Notes under the pieces: generated by a model
Told to the model about the DNA's origin: nothing
The model's database searches: none
Seen by the model: only the letters and a program-made list of their open reading frames with translations
Program-made: the position numbers and the translations under genes
Shown: piece after piece, positions 18,186 through 25,486 of the stretch
How positions within the stretch are numbered: the first letter of the stretch is position 1
Layout of the letters: each line of letters begins with the position of its first letter
Assembly (NCBI GenBank): GCA_046723495.1
Contig: JBKOUP010000528.1
Span: forward strand, 1-32,775
Length of the DNA: 32,775 nucleotides
Source: Acidobacteriota bacterium
GTDB lineage: Bacteria > Acidobacteriota > Thermoanaerobaculia > Gp7-AA8
Reading direction: 5' to 3'

Positions 18186-18733
18186 ACTGCGATCCCCAGG
18201 CCGTGGCGCTTCACGACGCCGGCGATCTTCGCCTCGTCGCGCACGACCGTGGCGTAGATCCAGGTGTAGTGCCGCTTGTTCTTGATCACCGCGGCGGCGC
18301 GCTCGTCGCCGAGGAAGTGCCGGTCGGCCAGCATCTCCAGGTAGCACGTGATGAGATGGCCGTACGTGCTGTACGGCGTATCGGCCCCCTCCGGCAATCC
18401 GACGGGGATGCGCGGATAGAACCGCCGCAGCTCGGCGACCGCGGCGTCCTGCTGGAAGCGATGCTCGCGCAGGTGCCAGTGGATCTGCTCGTGGAGGTAC
18501 GACGACAGCAGCTCGTCGTCGGAGTCGGCGAAGCCGACGTTCAGCGTGAGCACCGGAAAGGCGTGGTTGACCACGCCCTCCTCGATGACGACGCGGTTCG
18601 TGAAGGTGTAGTCGTGCAGGTCGTACGCGGCGACGAGCTTGTCGAGGCGCTCCTTCGTCGCCGCTTCGCGCGGCGTGCCGTGGGCGAGGCTGACGACGAC
18701 TACAGCTGCTTGTAGAAGAACACCGTATCGCAT
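18155..18733 (-). CDS. Hypothetical secreted protein with HEXXH zincin motif
   Basis: Hydrophobic N-terminus MRYGVLLQAAVVVVSLA, YLHEQIHW, and a later HLITCYLE. The start overlaps the GNAT gene by 34 nt. Confidence 0.65.
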   Translation of the reverse strand: MRYGVLLQAAVVVVSLAHGTPREAATKERLDKLVAAYDLHDYTFTNRVVIEEGVVNHAFPVLTLNVGFADSDDELLSSYLHEQIHWHLREHRFQQDAAVAELRRFYPRIPVGLPEGADTPYSTYGHLITCYLEMLADRHFLGDERAAAVIKNKRHYTWIYATVVRDEAKIAGVVKRHGLGIAVSSRAQRRSE

Positions 18734-19206
18734 GGCGAGCCGTCCGGGTCGAGCGCGTAATTGGGGATGACGCCGACGCGCGTCCACCCTGTCCTTTCGT
18801 ACAAAGTCTCCGCCGTGTCGCCGCGCTTCGTGTCGAGCACGAGCAAGGTGAAGCCGGCGGCGCGGGCGCGGCTCTCCACGGCGTCCATGAGGGCGCGGCC
18901 GAGCCCGCGGCCACGGGCGCGGCGGTGGACCTGGAGCTTGGCGACGTCGGCGCGGTGGGGCTGGTTCGGCTTCGCCGCCGGGAGGAGCTGCACCGTCCCC
19001 ACAATCCCCTCGGCGTCGCGCGCGACGAGGAAGACGGCGCGCGCGCCGGCCGATGCGAGCTTGCCGCGCCACCACGCCGCGGCGTCGTCGAGCGAGAGCG
19101 TGTCGAGAAAGCCGACCGAGGCGCCGGAGGCGACGGCGTCGACGAGGAGCGCGGCGAGCTCGCCCACGTCGGCGTCGGAAGCCGGGCGGACGAGCTCCTC
19201 GATCAC
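18700..19206 (-). CDS. GNAT family N-acetyltransferase (tabtoxin-resistance TTR-like)
   Basis: GASVGF, NQPHRADVAKLQVH, RGRGLG, LLVLDT and LYERTGW..VGVIPNYA. Confidence 0.92.
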   Translation of the reverse strand: MIEELVRPASDADVGELAALLVDAVASGASVGFLDTLSLDDAAAWWRGKLASAGARAVFLVARDAEGIVGTVQLLPAAKPNQPHRADVAKLQVHRRARGRGLGRALMDAVESRARAAGFTLLVLDTKRGDTAETLYERTGWTRVGVIPNYALDPDGSPCDTVFFYKQL

Positions 19207-19207
19207 C

Positions 19208-20020
19208 TCAGAACCCCACGGCGATCTTCGCGGCGTAGCTGCGCACCTCCGCCTGCGTCACCTCGATGACGATCTTCGGACCGGGGATCGAAAAGCGGAC
19301 GCCGGCGGTGTAGCGGTTGATGTTGCTGCGGTCGTCGAGCGTGAACGTCGACGTCGACGTCGTCACCGTGCCGGTGGCATTCGTCCGCTGCCGTCCGACC
19401 GCGGCGTACGGCGTGAGCGGGCCGAATCCCTTGCTGATGAAAAGCTCCAGGCCGTAGGTCTTCAGCTTGTACACGTCGATGCCGCTGATCGTGGCGTAGG
19501 AGCCGCGCGCGGCGAGCTCCGGCGTCACCACCGAGCCGCGCACGACCGGCACGTCGATCGCGCCGCCGTACGCCTTCACGTCGCTGTTCTGGATCTTCGC
19601 GTAGGTCCCCGAGACGGTGGCGAAGCCGAGGCCTTTGCTGGCCACGAGGCGCGGCACGGCCGCGTAGCCGCCGCCGGTGAGGAAGTCGTTGTTGGCCGGG
19701 ACGGCATGGCGCCACCACGAGGCGTTCTGGTCGATTTTGACGAGCGTCGCGGCCACGCCGACGTTGAAGCCGAGGAGGCCGGAGGCGCGTGCCGGCTCGA
19801 CGGGCGTGGCGAAGATGGCCTGCCCCATCGTGCGCGAGAACTGCGCGAACTCCTCCTGCGTCGTGGCCGGATTGAACTCGATGTCCTGCGCGCCGAGCGG
19901 CAGGGCGATCAAAAAAGCTGCGAGAGATAGGAGTTGCTGAGCAGAAATCCGGCCGGCGTGAAGGCCACGCGCGCTCCGTCGCGCCGCAGCCAGCCATCGT
20001 CTAATCCTCGTGCCATCCAT
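19208..20020 (-). CDS. Putative outer-membrane beta-barrel protein
   Basis: Signal-like LLSLAAFLIALPLGA-Q, alternating amphipathic strands and a terminal Phe (IAVGF). SD GAGGAGG lies 7 nt before ATG 20020. Confidence 0.72.
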   Translation of the reverse strand: MDGTRIRRWLAAARRSARGLHAGRISAQQLLSLAAFLIALPLGAQDIEFNPATTQEEFAQFSRTMGQAIFATPVEPARASGLLGFNVGVAATLVKIDQNASWWRHAVPANNDFLTGGGYAAVPRLVASKGLGFATVSGTYAKIQNSDVKAYGGAIDVPVVRGSVVTPELAARGSYATISGIDVYKLKTYGLELFISKGFGPLTPYAAVGRQRTNATGTVTTSTSTFTLDDRSNINRYTAGVRFSIPGPKIVIEVTQAEVRSYAAKIAVGF

Positions 20021-21078
20021 TCGATGCCCTCCTCACCACACAGGTGCACGACGTCATCGTAGTCGATCCCGGCGTTCTGCCGGAGGCGGAGAAAGAGGGT
20101 CTCGCGGCGCTGCTCGGCGGGGCCGAGGGACTCGTCGAGCTCGGGGCCGCGCGCGCCAGCGATGTAGCGGCCGAGGTCGCGCGTGTTGGCGAAGCGGCGC
20201 TCGGCGAGGAACGAATGCGCGGCCAGGCCGAAGCCGAGATAGCTCTGGCGGCGCCAATATCTGAGGTTGTGCAGGCAGGGGTCGCCGAAGTTGCTGATCT
20301 CGTACTGGGCCAGGCCGGCGGCGTTGAGGCGATCGATCGCTTCGACATAGAGCGAGGCGACGTCGTCCTCGTCGGGCAGCGGCGTGCCGCGGCGGGCCAG
20401 CGCGCTCCCCTCCTCGAGATCGAGCATGTAGAGGGAGAGGTGGCCGGCGCCGCTGGCAATGGCGAGGTCGAGGGTCTGGCGAAAGGACTCCGGCGTCTGG
20501 CTCGGCAGACCGAGGATGAGGTCGAGGCTCGTGCGGACGCCGCCGGCGACGGCGTCGCGGAGCGCGGCGAGAGCGCGCTCGCGCCCGTGCACGCGGCCGA
20601 GGGGACGGAGCTCGGCATCGTGGAACGACTGCACGCCGATGCTGAGGCGGTTGACGCCGAGGGTTTTCCAGAAGTCGATGGCGTCCGGCGTCACGTCCTC
20701 GGGATTGGCTTCGAGGGAGAACTCGGGCCCCGTCATCCTGAGCCGCGACGACGGCGAAGGATCTCCGAATGGCAACGACGTCGCAGCCTGAGATCCTTCG
20801 TCGCGCTTCGCCGACTCAGGATGACGCGGGGACTCGAAGTCGAAGCCGGCACGCAGCGCGGCGACGACGCGCGTCAGGTTCTCGGGTGACGTCCGCGACG
20901 GCGTGCCCCCGCCGAAGAAGATGGTCTCCACCGCCTCCCCCGTCGCGCGCTCCTCGATCTCGCGGACAAGCGCCGCCGTGTAGTCGTCCTGCAATCCGAT
21001 CTTCGTTGAGACGGCGAAGGCGCAGTAGGCGCAGTGGACGCGGCAGAACGGGAGGTGGATGTAGATGCCGGTGGCCAT
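19909..21078 (-). CDS. hemW: HemN-like radical SAM heme chaperone, carrying an in-frame palindromic insertion
   Basis: YIHLPFCRVHCAYC, FFGGGTPS, EANP, NRLSIGVQSF, YEISNF and HNLRYW (HNxxYW). In-frame alternative start ATG 21135. Confidence 0.9.
   Translation of the reverse strand: MATGIYIHLPFCRVHCAYCAFAVSTKIGLQDDYTAALVREIEERATGEAVETIFFGGGTPSRTSPENLTRVVAALRAGFDFESPRHPESAKRDEGSQAATSLPFGDPSPSSRLRMTGPEFSLEANPEDVTPDAIDFWKTLGVNRLSIGVQSFHDAELRPLGRVHGRERALAALRDAVAGGVRTSLDLILGLPSQTPESFRQTLDLAIASGAGHLSLYMLDLEEGSALARRGTPLPDEDDVASLYVEAIDRLNAAGLAQYEISNFGDPCLHNLRYWRRQSYLGFGLAAHSFLAERRFANTRDLGRYIAGARGPELDESLGPAEQRRETLFLRLRQNAGIDYDDVVHLCGEEGIEWMARGLDDGWLRRDGARVAFTPAGFLLSNSYLSQLF
20731..20826. repeat. 96-nt nested palindromic element (RPE/REP-like) inside hemW
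   Basis: Outer perfect 12-bp IR cgtcatcctgag/ctcaggatgacg; inner perfect 11-bp IR cgaaggatctc/gagatccttcg. Confidence 0.9.
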
Positions 21079-21135
21079 GCGGAATGCAGAATGCAGAATT
21101 GCTCCGCTTCTAATTCTGCATTCTGCATTCTGCAT
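21077..21135. repeat. Heptamer-tandem hairpin (GCAGAAT/ATTCTGC), second copy
   Basis: 24-nt arms 21077-21100/21112-21135, 23/24 complementary, 11-nt loop; overlaps the hemW start codon. Confidence 0.92.
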
Positions 21136-21146
21136 TTTCGCGCCGC

Positions 21147-21152
21147 TATAAT
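21147..21152 (+). promoter_or_regulatory. Consensus -10 box TATAAT 8 nt before the HD-GYP ATG
   Basis: TATAAT-ccgagcca-ATG with no SD sequence. Confidence 0.7.
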
Positions 21153-21160
21153 CCGAGCCA

Positions 21161-22888
21161 ATGTCCGACCTCCCCTCCCGCCGCGGCCGCCTCGTCTGGA
21201 CTCTCCTCGGGGCGATGATCGTCGTCGGCCTCCTGCCGCTCGTCATCTCGCACTACATCCTCATCGGCATCAACCGCGACTCCCTCGAGACCCTGGAGAA
21301 AAAATACCTGACCCGCTCCGCCGTCAGCATCGCCACCGACGTGCAGACGACCATCGCCAGCAACACCCAGCAGCTGGCCAAGATCGCCGCTTCGCTGCGG
21401 GCCATGCGCCACGCCCTCCCGCCCGGCGCCGACCCCTTCACCTGGGCCGCGCAGAGCAACATCGTCGGCGACTACATCACCGCCGACAGCGAGATCCTCG
21501 GCCTGCGCCTCCTCGACCGCGCCGGCCACGGCGCCGAGGCCGTGCCGCCGAACCTCGACCGCGGCATCACCCAGGAGCTCGACCTCGCCCTCACCGCCGC
21601 CGCGCAGGGGCAGCCCTACACCGGGACCTTCCAGTTCTTCACGGCGCTCAACCAGCCGGTCGTCGTCGTGGCCGTGCCGATCAGCGACGAGAACCAGGTC
21701 ATCGGCACGGTGGAGGGCATCGTCAGCCTCCGCCGCATCACCGAGCGCATTCGCGAGGAAGGGAAAGGCGACGTGACGGCCTTCCTCGTCGACCGCAACG
21801 GCAAGGTGCTGATCCACAGCGAGCCGAGCGTCGACGTCCGCCGTCCCGACGTCAGCAACCTCAAGATCGTCGGCGACTTCATGAAGGCGCCGCAGCGCCT
21901 GACGGAGTCGTACAACGCCGTGCAGGACGGGCATTCGACGAAGATGCTCGGCACGGTCGCGCCGGTGATCCGTCCCGACTGGGGCGTGGTCGTGGAGAAG
22001 CCGGAGCGCACCGCCTTCGCCTCGGTGACGAAGATGATCAAGGCCACGATGTCGTGGAGCTCGCTGGCCCTGGCGCTGGCCATCGCCGCGGCCATCGTCT
22101 TCGCCGCGCGCATCGCCCGCCCGATCCACGCCTTGGCCGAGCGGACGCAGGAGATCGCCGCCGGCAATTACGGGCAGCACGTGGAGGTGAAGGCGCGGAA
22201 CGAGATCGGCACGCTGGCCGACAACTTCAACGTCATGTCCGACGCGGTCGGGCAGGCCATCGAGCAGCTCAAGAAGGCCGCGCATGAGAACAACCTCCTC
22301 TTCATCAACTCCGTGCGCATGCTGGCCGCGGCCATCGATGCCAAGGATCCGTACACGCGCGGCCACTCCGAGCGCGTGGCCCGCTACTCGATCGGCATCG
22401 GCAAGAACGTCGGGCTGTCGGACAAGGAGATGCGCAACCTCCGCATCAGCGCGCTGCTGCACGACGTCGGCAAGATCGGCATCGACGACCGCATTCTCCG
22501 CAAGCCGGGCGCGCTGAACGACGACGAATTCGAGGTCATGAAGCAGCATCCCGCCAAGGGGGCGGCGATCATGAGCGGCGTCGCCCAGCTAATCGACATC
22601 ATCCCGGGGATGAAGTACCACCACGAGAAGTGGAGCGGCGGCGGCTATCCCGACAATCTCGAAGGAGAGCAGATCCCGATGCAGGCCCGCATCGTGGCCA
22701 TCGCCGACACGTTCGACGCCATGACCACGAACCGCCCCTACCAGAAGGCCATGGAGCTCGCCTACGTGGTCGAGAAGATCAAGAGCTTCGCCGGGACGCG
22801 CTTCGACCCGCGCGTGGTGGACGCATTCGTGCAAGCGGTCCGGCGCGGCGACATCCAGATCGACGAGCAAGTGAGAGGCGCCGCCTAA
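21161..22888 (+). CDS. Membrane sensor with Cache and HAMP domains and an HD-GYP cyclic-dinucleotide phosphodiesterase domain
   Basis: Two TM helices flank a periplasmic domain; HAMP (RPI..L...NEIGTLADNFN); DPYTRGHSERV, LLHDVGK, HHEKWSGGGYP and DTFDAMTTNRPY. Confidence 0.93.
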   Translation: MSDLPSRRGRLVWTLLGAMIVVGLLPLVISHYILIGINRDSLETLEKKYLTRSAVSIATDVQTTIASNTQQLAKIAASLRAMRHALPPGADPFTWAAQSNIVGDYITADSEILGLRLLDRAGHGAEAVPPNLDRGITQELDLALTAAAQGQPYTGTFQFFTALNQPVVVVAVPISDENQVIGTVEGIVSLRRITERIREEGKGDVTAFLVDRNGKVLIHSEPSVDVRRPDVSNLKIVGDFMKAPQRLTESYNAVQDGHSTKMLGTVAPVIRPDWGVVVEKPERTAFASVTKMIKATMSWSSLALALAIAAAIVFAARIARPIHALAERTQEIAAGNYGQHVEVKARNEIGTLADNFNVMSDAVGQAIEQLKKAAHENNLLFINSVRMLAAAIDAKDPYTRGHSERVARYSIGIGKNVGLSDKEMRNLRISALLHDVGKIGIDDRILRKPGALNDDEFEVMKQHPAKGAAIMSGVAQLIDIIPGMKYHHEKWSGGGYPDNLEGEQIPMQARIVAIADTFDAMTTNRPYQKAMELAYVVEKIKSFAGTRFDPRVVDAFVQAVRRGDIQIDEQVRGAA

Positions 22889-22889
22889 G

Positions 22890-23255
22890 TTGTTTCAGCA
22901 GATCCTTCTCGACCTCCTGCAATCCATCGACGGATCGCTGGGAGCGCTGTTCCTCGACTGGGAGGGGGAGTGCGTCGAGGTGATCACGGAGCGGCCGTTC
23001 GACGCCGACGACCACGACCTTCGCGTCATCGGCGCGTATCAGGGGATCTTCCGCACGCAGCTGCACAAGCTCTGCGAGTCGCTCGAGGCCGGCCGGATCC
23101 AGCGCCTGAAGATGGACTTCGAAAAGACGAAGGTGCTGACGTGCGACCTCCGCGACGGCTACTACCTCGTGCTGGTGCTGGAGTCGTCGACGAACGAGGG
23201 GCTGGCCTGGCGGCACCTGGAGGCGTGCCGGCACAAGCTGCTGGCCGAGATCTAG
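22890..23255 (+). CDS. Roadblock/LC7 (MglB-like) domain protein
   Basis: 121 aa; SIDGSLGALFLDWEGE and YYLVLVL....NEGLA pattern; TTG start. Confidence 0.7.
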   Translation: MFQQILLDLLQSIDGSLGALFLDWEGECVEVITERPFDADDHDLRVIGAYQGIFRTQLHKLCESLEAGRIQRLKMDFEKTKVLTCDLRDGYYLVLVLESSTNEGLAWRHLEACRHKLLAEI

Positions 23256-23257
23256 CA

Positions 23258-23689
23258 ATGAAGCGCTGGCTGTTTTTGCTCTGCGTCGCATTCGCCTGCA
23301 AGCAGGAGTCGGCCCCCGCCCGACCGCCCGTCGCGCGCGCACCGGAAGTGAGGACGATCGACTCCACGCCGCCGCAGCCGGCCGCGCTCCAGCCCCCGCC
23401 CGTGCTGACGGACGAGGCCCCCGCCCCGAAGAGCACGGTCGGGCAGATGACGCAGGACGCCCCGCCGCCGCCCACGCCGCAGGACGAGGCCGCGCGCGCC
23501 GCGCTGCCGTTCTCGCCGGCCATCGCCCTCGATCCGGTGGACGGGCAGAAGATCTCGATCCGGGCCACGACGCCGACGTTCGAGATCAAAGGGCGCGTCT
23601 ATTACTTCTCGTCGGAAGAGAACAAGCGGACGTTCGCGGCCAACCCAGCGCCGTATCTGCATGGGGTGTTCGCGCTGCCGAAGAGCTGA
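23258..23689 (+). CDS. Lipoprotein with Pro-rich linker and YHS-like domain
   Basis: MKRWLFLLCVAFAC lipobox; DPVDG...GRVYYFSSEENKRTFAANPAPY. Confidence 0.78.
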   Translation: MKRWLFLLCVAFACKQESAPARPPVARAPEVRTIDSTPPQPAALQPPPVLTDEAPAPKSTVGQMTQDAPPPPTPQDEAARAALPFSPAIALDPVDGQKISIRATTPTFEIKGRVYYFSSEENKRTFAANPAPYLHGVFALPKS

Positions 23690-23886
23690 TCAGCGAAAAA
23701 ACTTCTGCAGTTGCCAGCGCAGCGGATCGAGGAGATAGCGGTCCCGCGAATGGGAAAGGTGATGGGCGGCCATCCACCACGGATCGTCGTGGCAATTCGC
23801 CCATTCCTCATCGTTCCGAGCGCCGCGCTGCTGAGCACCTGCTCGACGAAGTCGGCGTCGTCCTCGTCGGGGCATGCGCGACTGGT

Positions 23887-24495
23887 TCAAGGACCCGTGA
23901 CGATCGTGGCGTCGTAGACCGAAACCCACTGCCATCGCGATCGCTGATCGATGTGCAGGGCGACGACGTCGAAGACGACCTCCTGCTCGGCGCCTCCGAC
24001 GACCTGCGGGTTCGAGAACGAAATGCCGCCCATGTGGTGCATTGGCAACCGCAGAGATTCCATCAACGCGAGAGCTCCGTAGGGTCCCCGCCGCACCTTG
24101 GCCCGATAACGGTGGCCGACGTCGAGATGTCCGGAAAACGACTCCACGATGGGTGTCTTCATCTGCCGCTGCAGCGTCAGGTATCGACGGAACTTGCCAT
24201 CGCAGTCCATCCGCTCCGCTTCGAGATCGAACGTCTCGCCGACGATCCGATCCGCGGCGAACGTCCGCGCGGGACTGTGGATCCCGAACCTGACCGGCTT
24301 TCCGCCGATGTCGATCGAGGCCACGAAGCGCACGTCGAGGTCGACATCGTTGAATGTCCCCGTAGCCGGCGAGCGAATCGAGCGCACCGTGCCGCGGAAG
24401 CGGCTCATGGTCCGCAGCATCGTGCCGCAGTCGTCTTCGGCGCGGCCGAGGCCGGCCACGCACAGCAGTAGGACGATGGCGATCCGTCGCGACAC
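23887..24495 (-). CDS. Hypothetical secreted protein
   Basis: GTG 24495 gives the signal peptide MSRRIAIVLLLCVAGLGRA; TATGAT lies 9 nt upstream. No recognisable family. Confidence 0.55.
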   Translation of the reverse strand: MSRRIAIVLLLCVAGLGRAEDDCGTMLRTMSRFRGTVRSIRSPATGTFNDVDLDVRFVASIDIGGKPVRFGIHSPARTFAADRIVGETFDLEAERMDCDGKFRRYLTLQRQMKTPIVESFSGHLDVGHRYRAKVRRGPYGALALMESLRLPMHHMGGISFSNPQVVGGAEQEVVFDVVALHIDQRSRWQWVSVYDATIVTGP

Positions 24496-24505
24496 TCGGC
24501 GCCGA

Positions 24506-25477
24506 TCATACCGGCGCGGAGGCCGGCGCGGTCGCGGCCAAAATCCGGCTCTTGTTCTGCTGCACGAACTGATCAAAGCTCATCAGTGCCGGGTTCAGCG
24601 ACCGGGTGGTCTCCGCGCTGCGCGCTCCGAGCACCTCCTTCTCGAAGTCGCGATAGACCTGGAACATGTTGCCCATCTCGTCGGCGCCGGGGAAACCGTA
24701 GCCGCGGTATTCGTCCGGTTCCGCGGCATGGTAGTGAACCGGTCCGATGCCGAGATCCTTCGACAACTTCTGCCCCATCTCGTCGATGGTGAGCGCTTCG
24801 CTGACGATGCCCACCGTCTTGCCCATCGTTTGCGGACCGGCTTTGAAGATGCCATACGCCGTCTTGCCGATGTCTTCTGCGGCGATGCCGGCCAATTTCG
24901 AGGTCCCCATCGGAAATGCCCAGCTGTAACCGCCGTCCGTTCCCTTCTTCGGGGCCATGCCGAACATGTAGAGGTTGTCCCAGTAAAACGACGTCACCAG
25001 GTACGTGACCGGGAGGCCGGCGAAGTATGCATTCGCTTCGGCCTTGGCATCGAAATGCGGAACGCGATACGTCTTCTGCAGCATCGGCATGCGCTTGTCG
25101 TCGTCCGGCATCAACGTGCGCGTGTCCTCGAGCGTCGACCAGATCACATGCTTGGCACCGGCGGCCCTCGCGGCGTCGGCGATGTTCTTCGCCTGCGCCT
25201 TCTCCTTCTCGGCCGACATGTGCTCCCAGAAATTCGTCACGCCGTACACGCCGTAGGCGCCGGCAAACGCTTTCTCCAGGCTGGCGGCGTCGTCGAGGTC
25301 CGCCCCCACCACCTCGGCACCTCTCGCCGCGAGCGCCTGAGCCTTCTCGCTGTCGGGATGGCGCGTGATGGCGCGGCAGCGATAGCCTGCCGACGGATCA
25401 TCGAGAATCGCGCGGCAGAGACCTCCGCCCTGCGAGCCGGTGGAACCGATGACCGCGATGATCTTGTTTTCTGCCAT
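24506..25477 (-). CDS. NmrA/HSCARG family NAD(P)-binding protein
   Basis: IAVIGSTGSQGG, RAITR, VTNFWEH and VPHFDAK motifs; AGGAG lies 6 nt before ATG 25477. Confidence 0.92.
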   Translation of the reverse strand: MAENKIIAVIGSTGSQGGGLCRAILDDPSAGYRCRAITRHPDSEKAQALAARGAEVVGADLDDAASLEKAFAGAYGVYGVTNFWEHMSAEKEKAQAKNIADAARAAGAKHVIWSTLEDTRTLMPDDDKRMPMLQKTYRVPHFDAKAEANAYFAGLPVTYLVTSFYWDNLYMFGMAPKKGTDGGYSWAFPMGTSKLAGIAAEDIGKTAYGIFKAGPQTMGKTVGIVSEALTIDEMGQKLSKDLGIGPVHYHAAEPDEYRGYGFPGADEMGNMFQVYRDFEKEVLGARSAETTRSLNPALMSFDQFVQQNKSRILAATAPASAPV

Positions 25478-25486
25478 CTTCATCTC

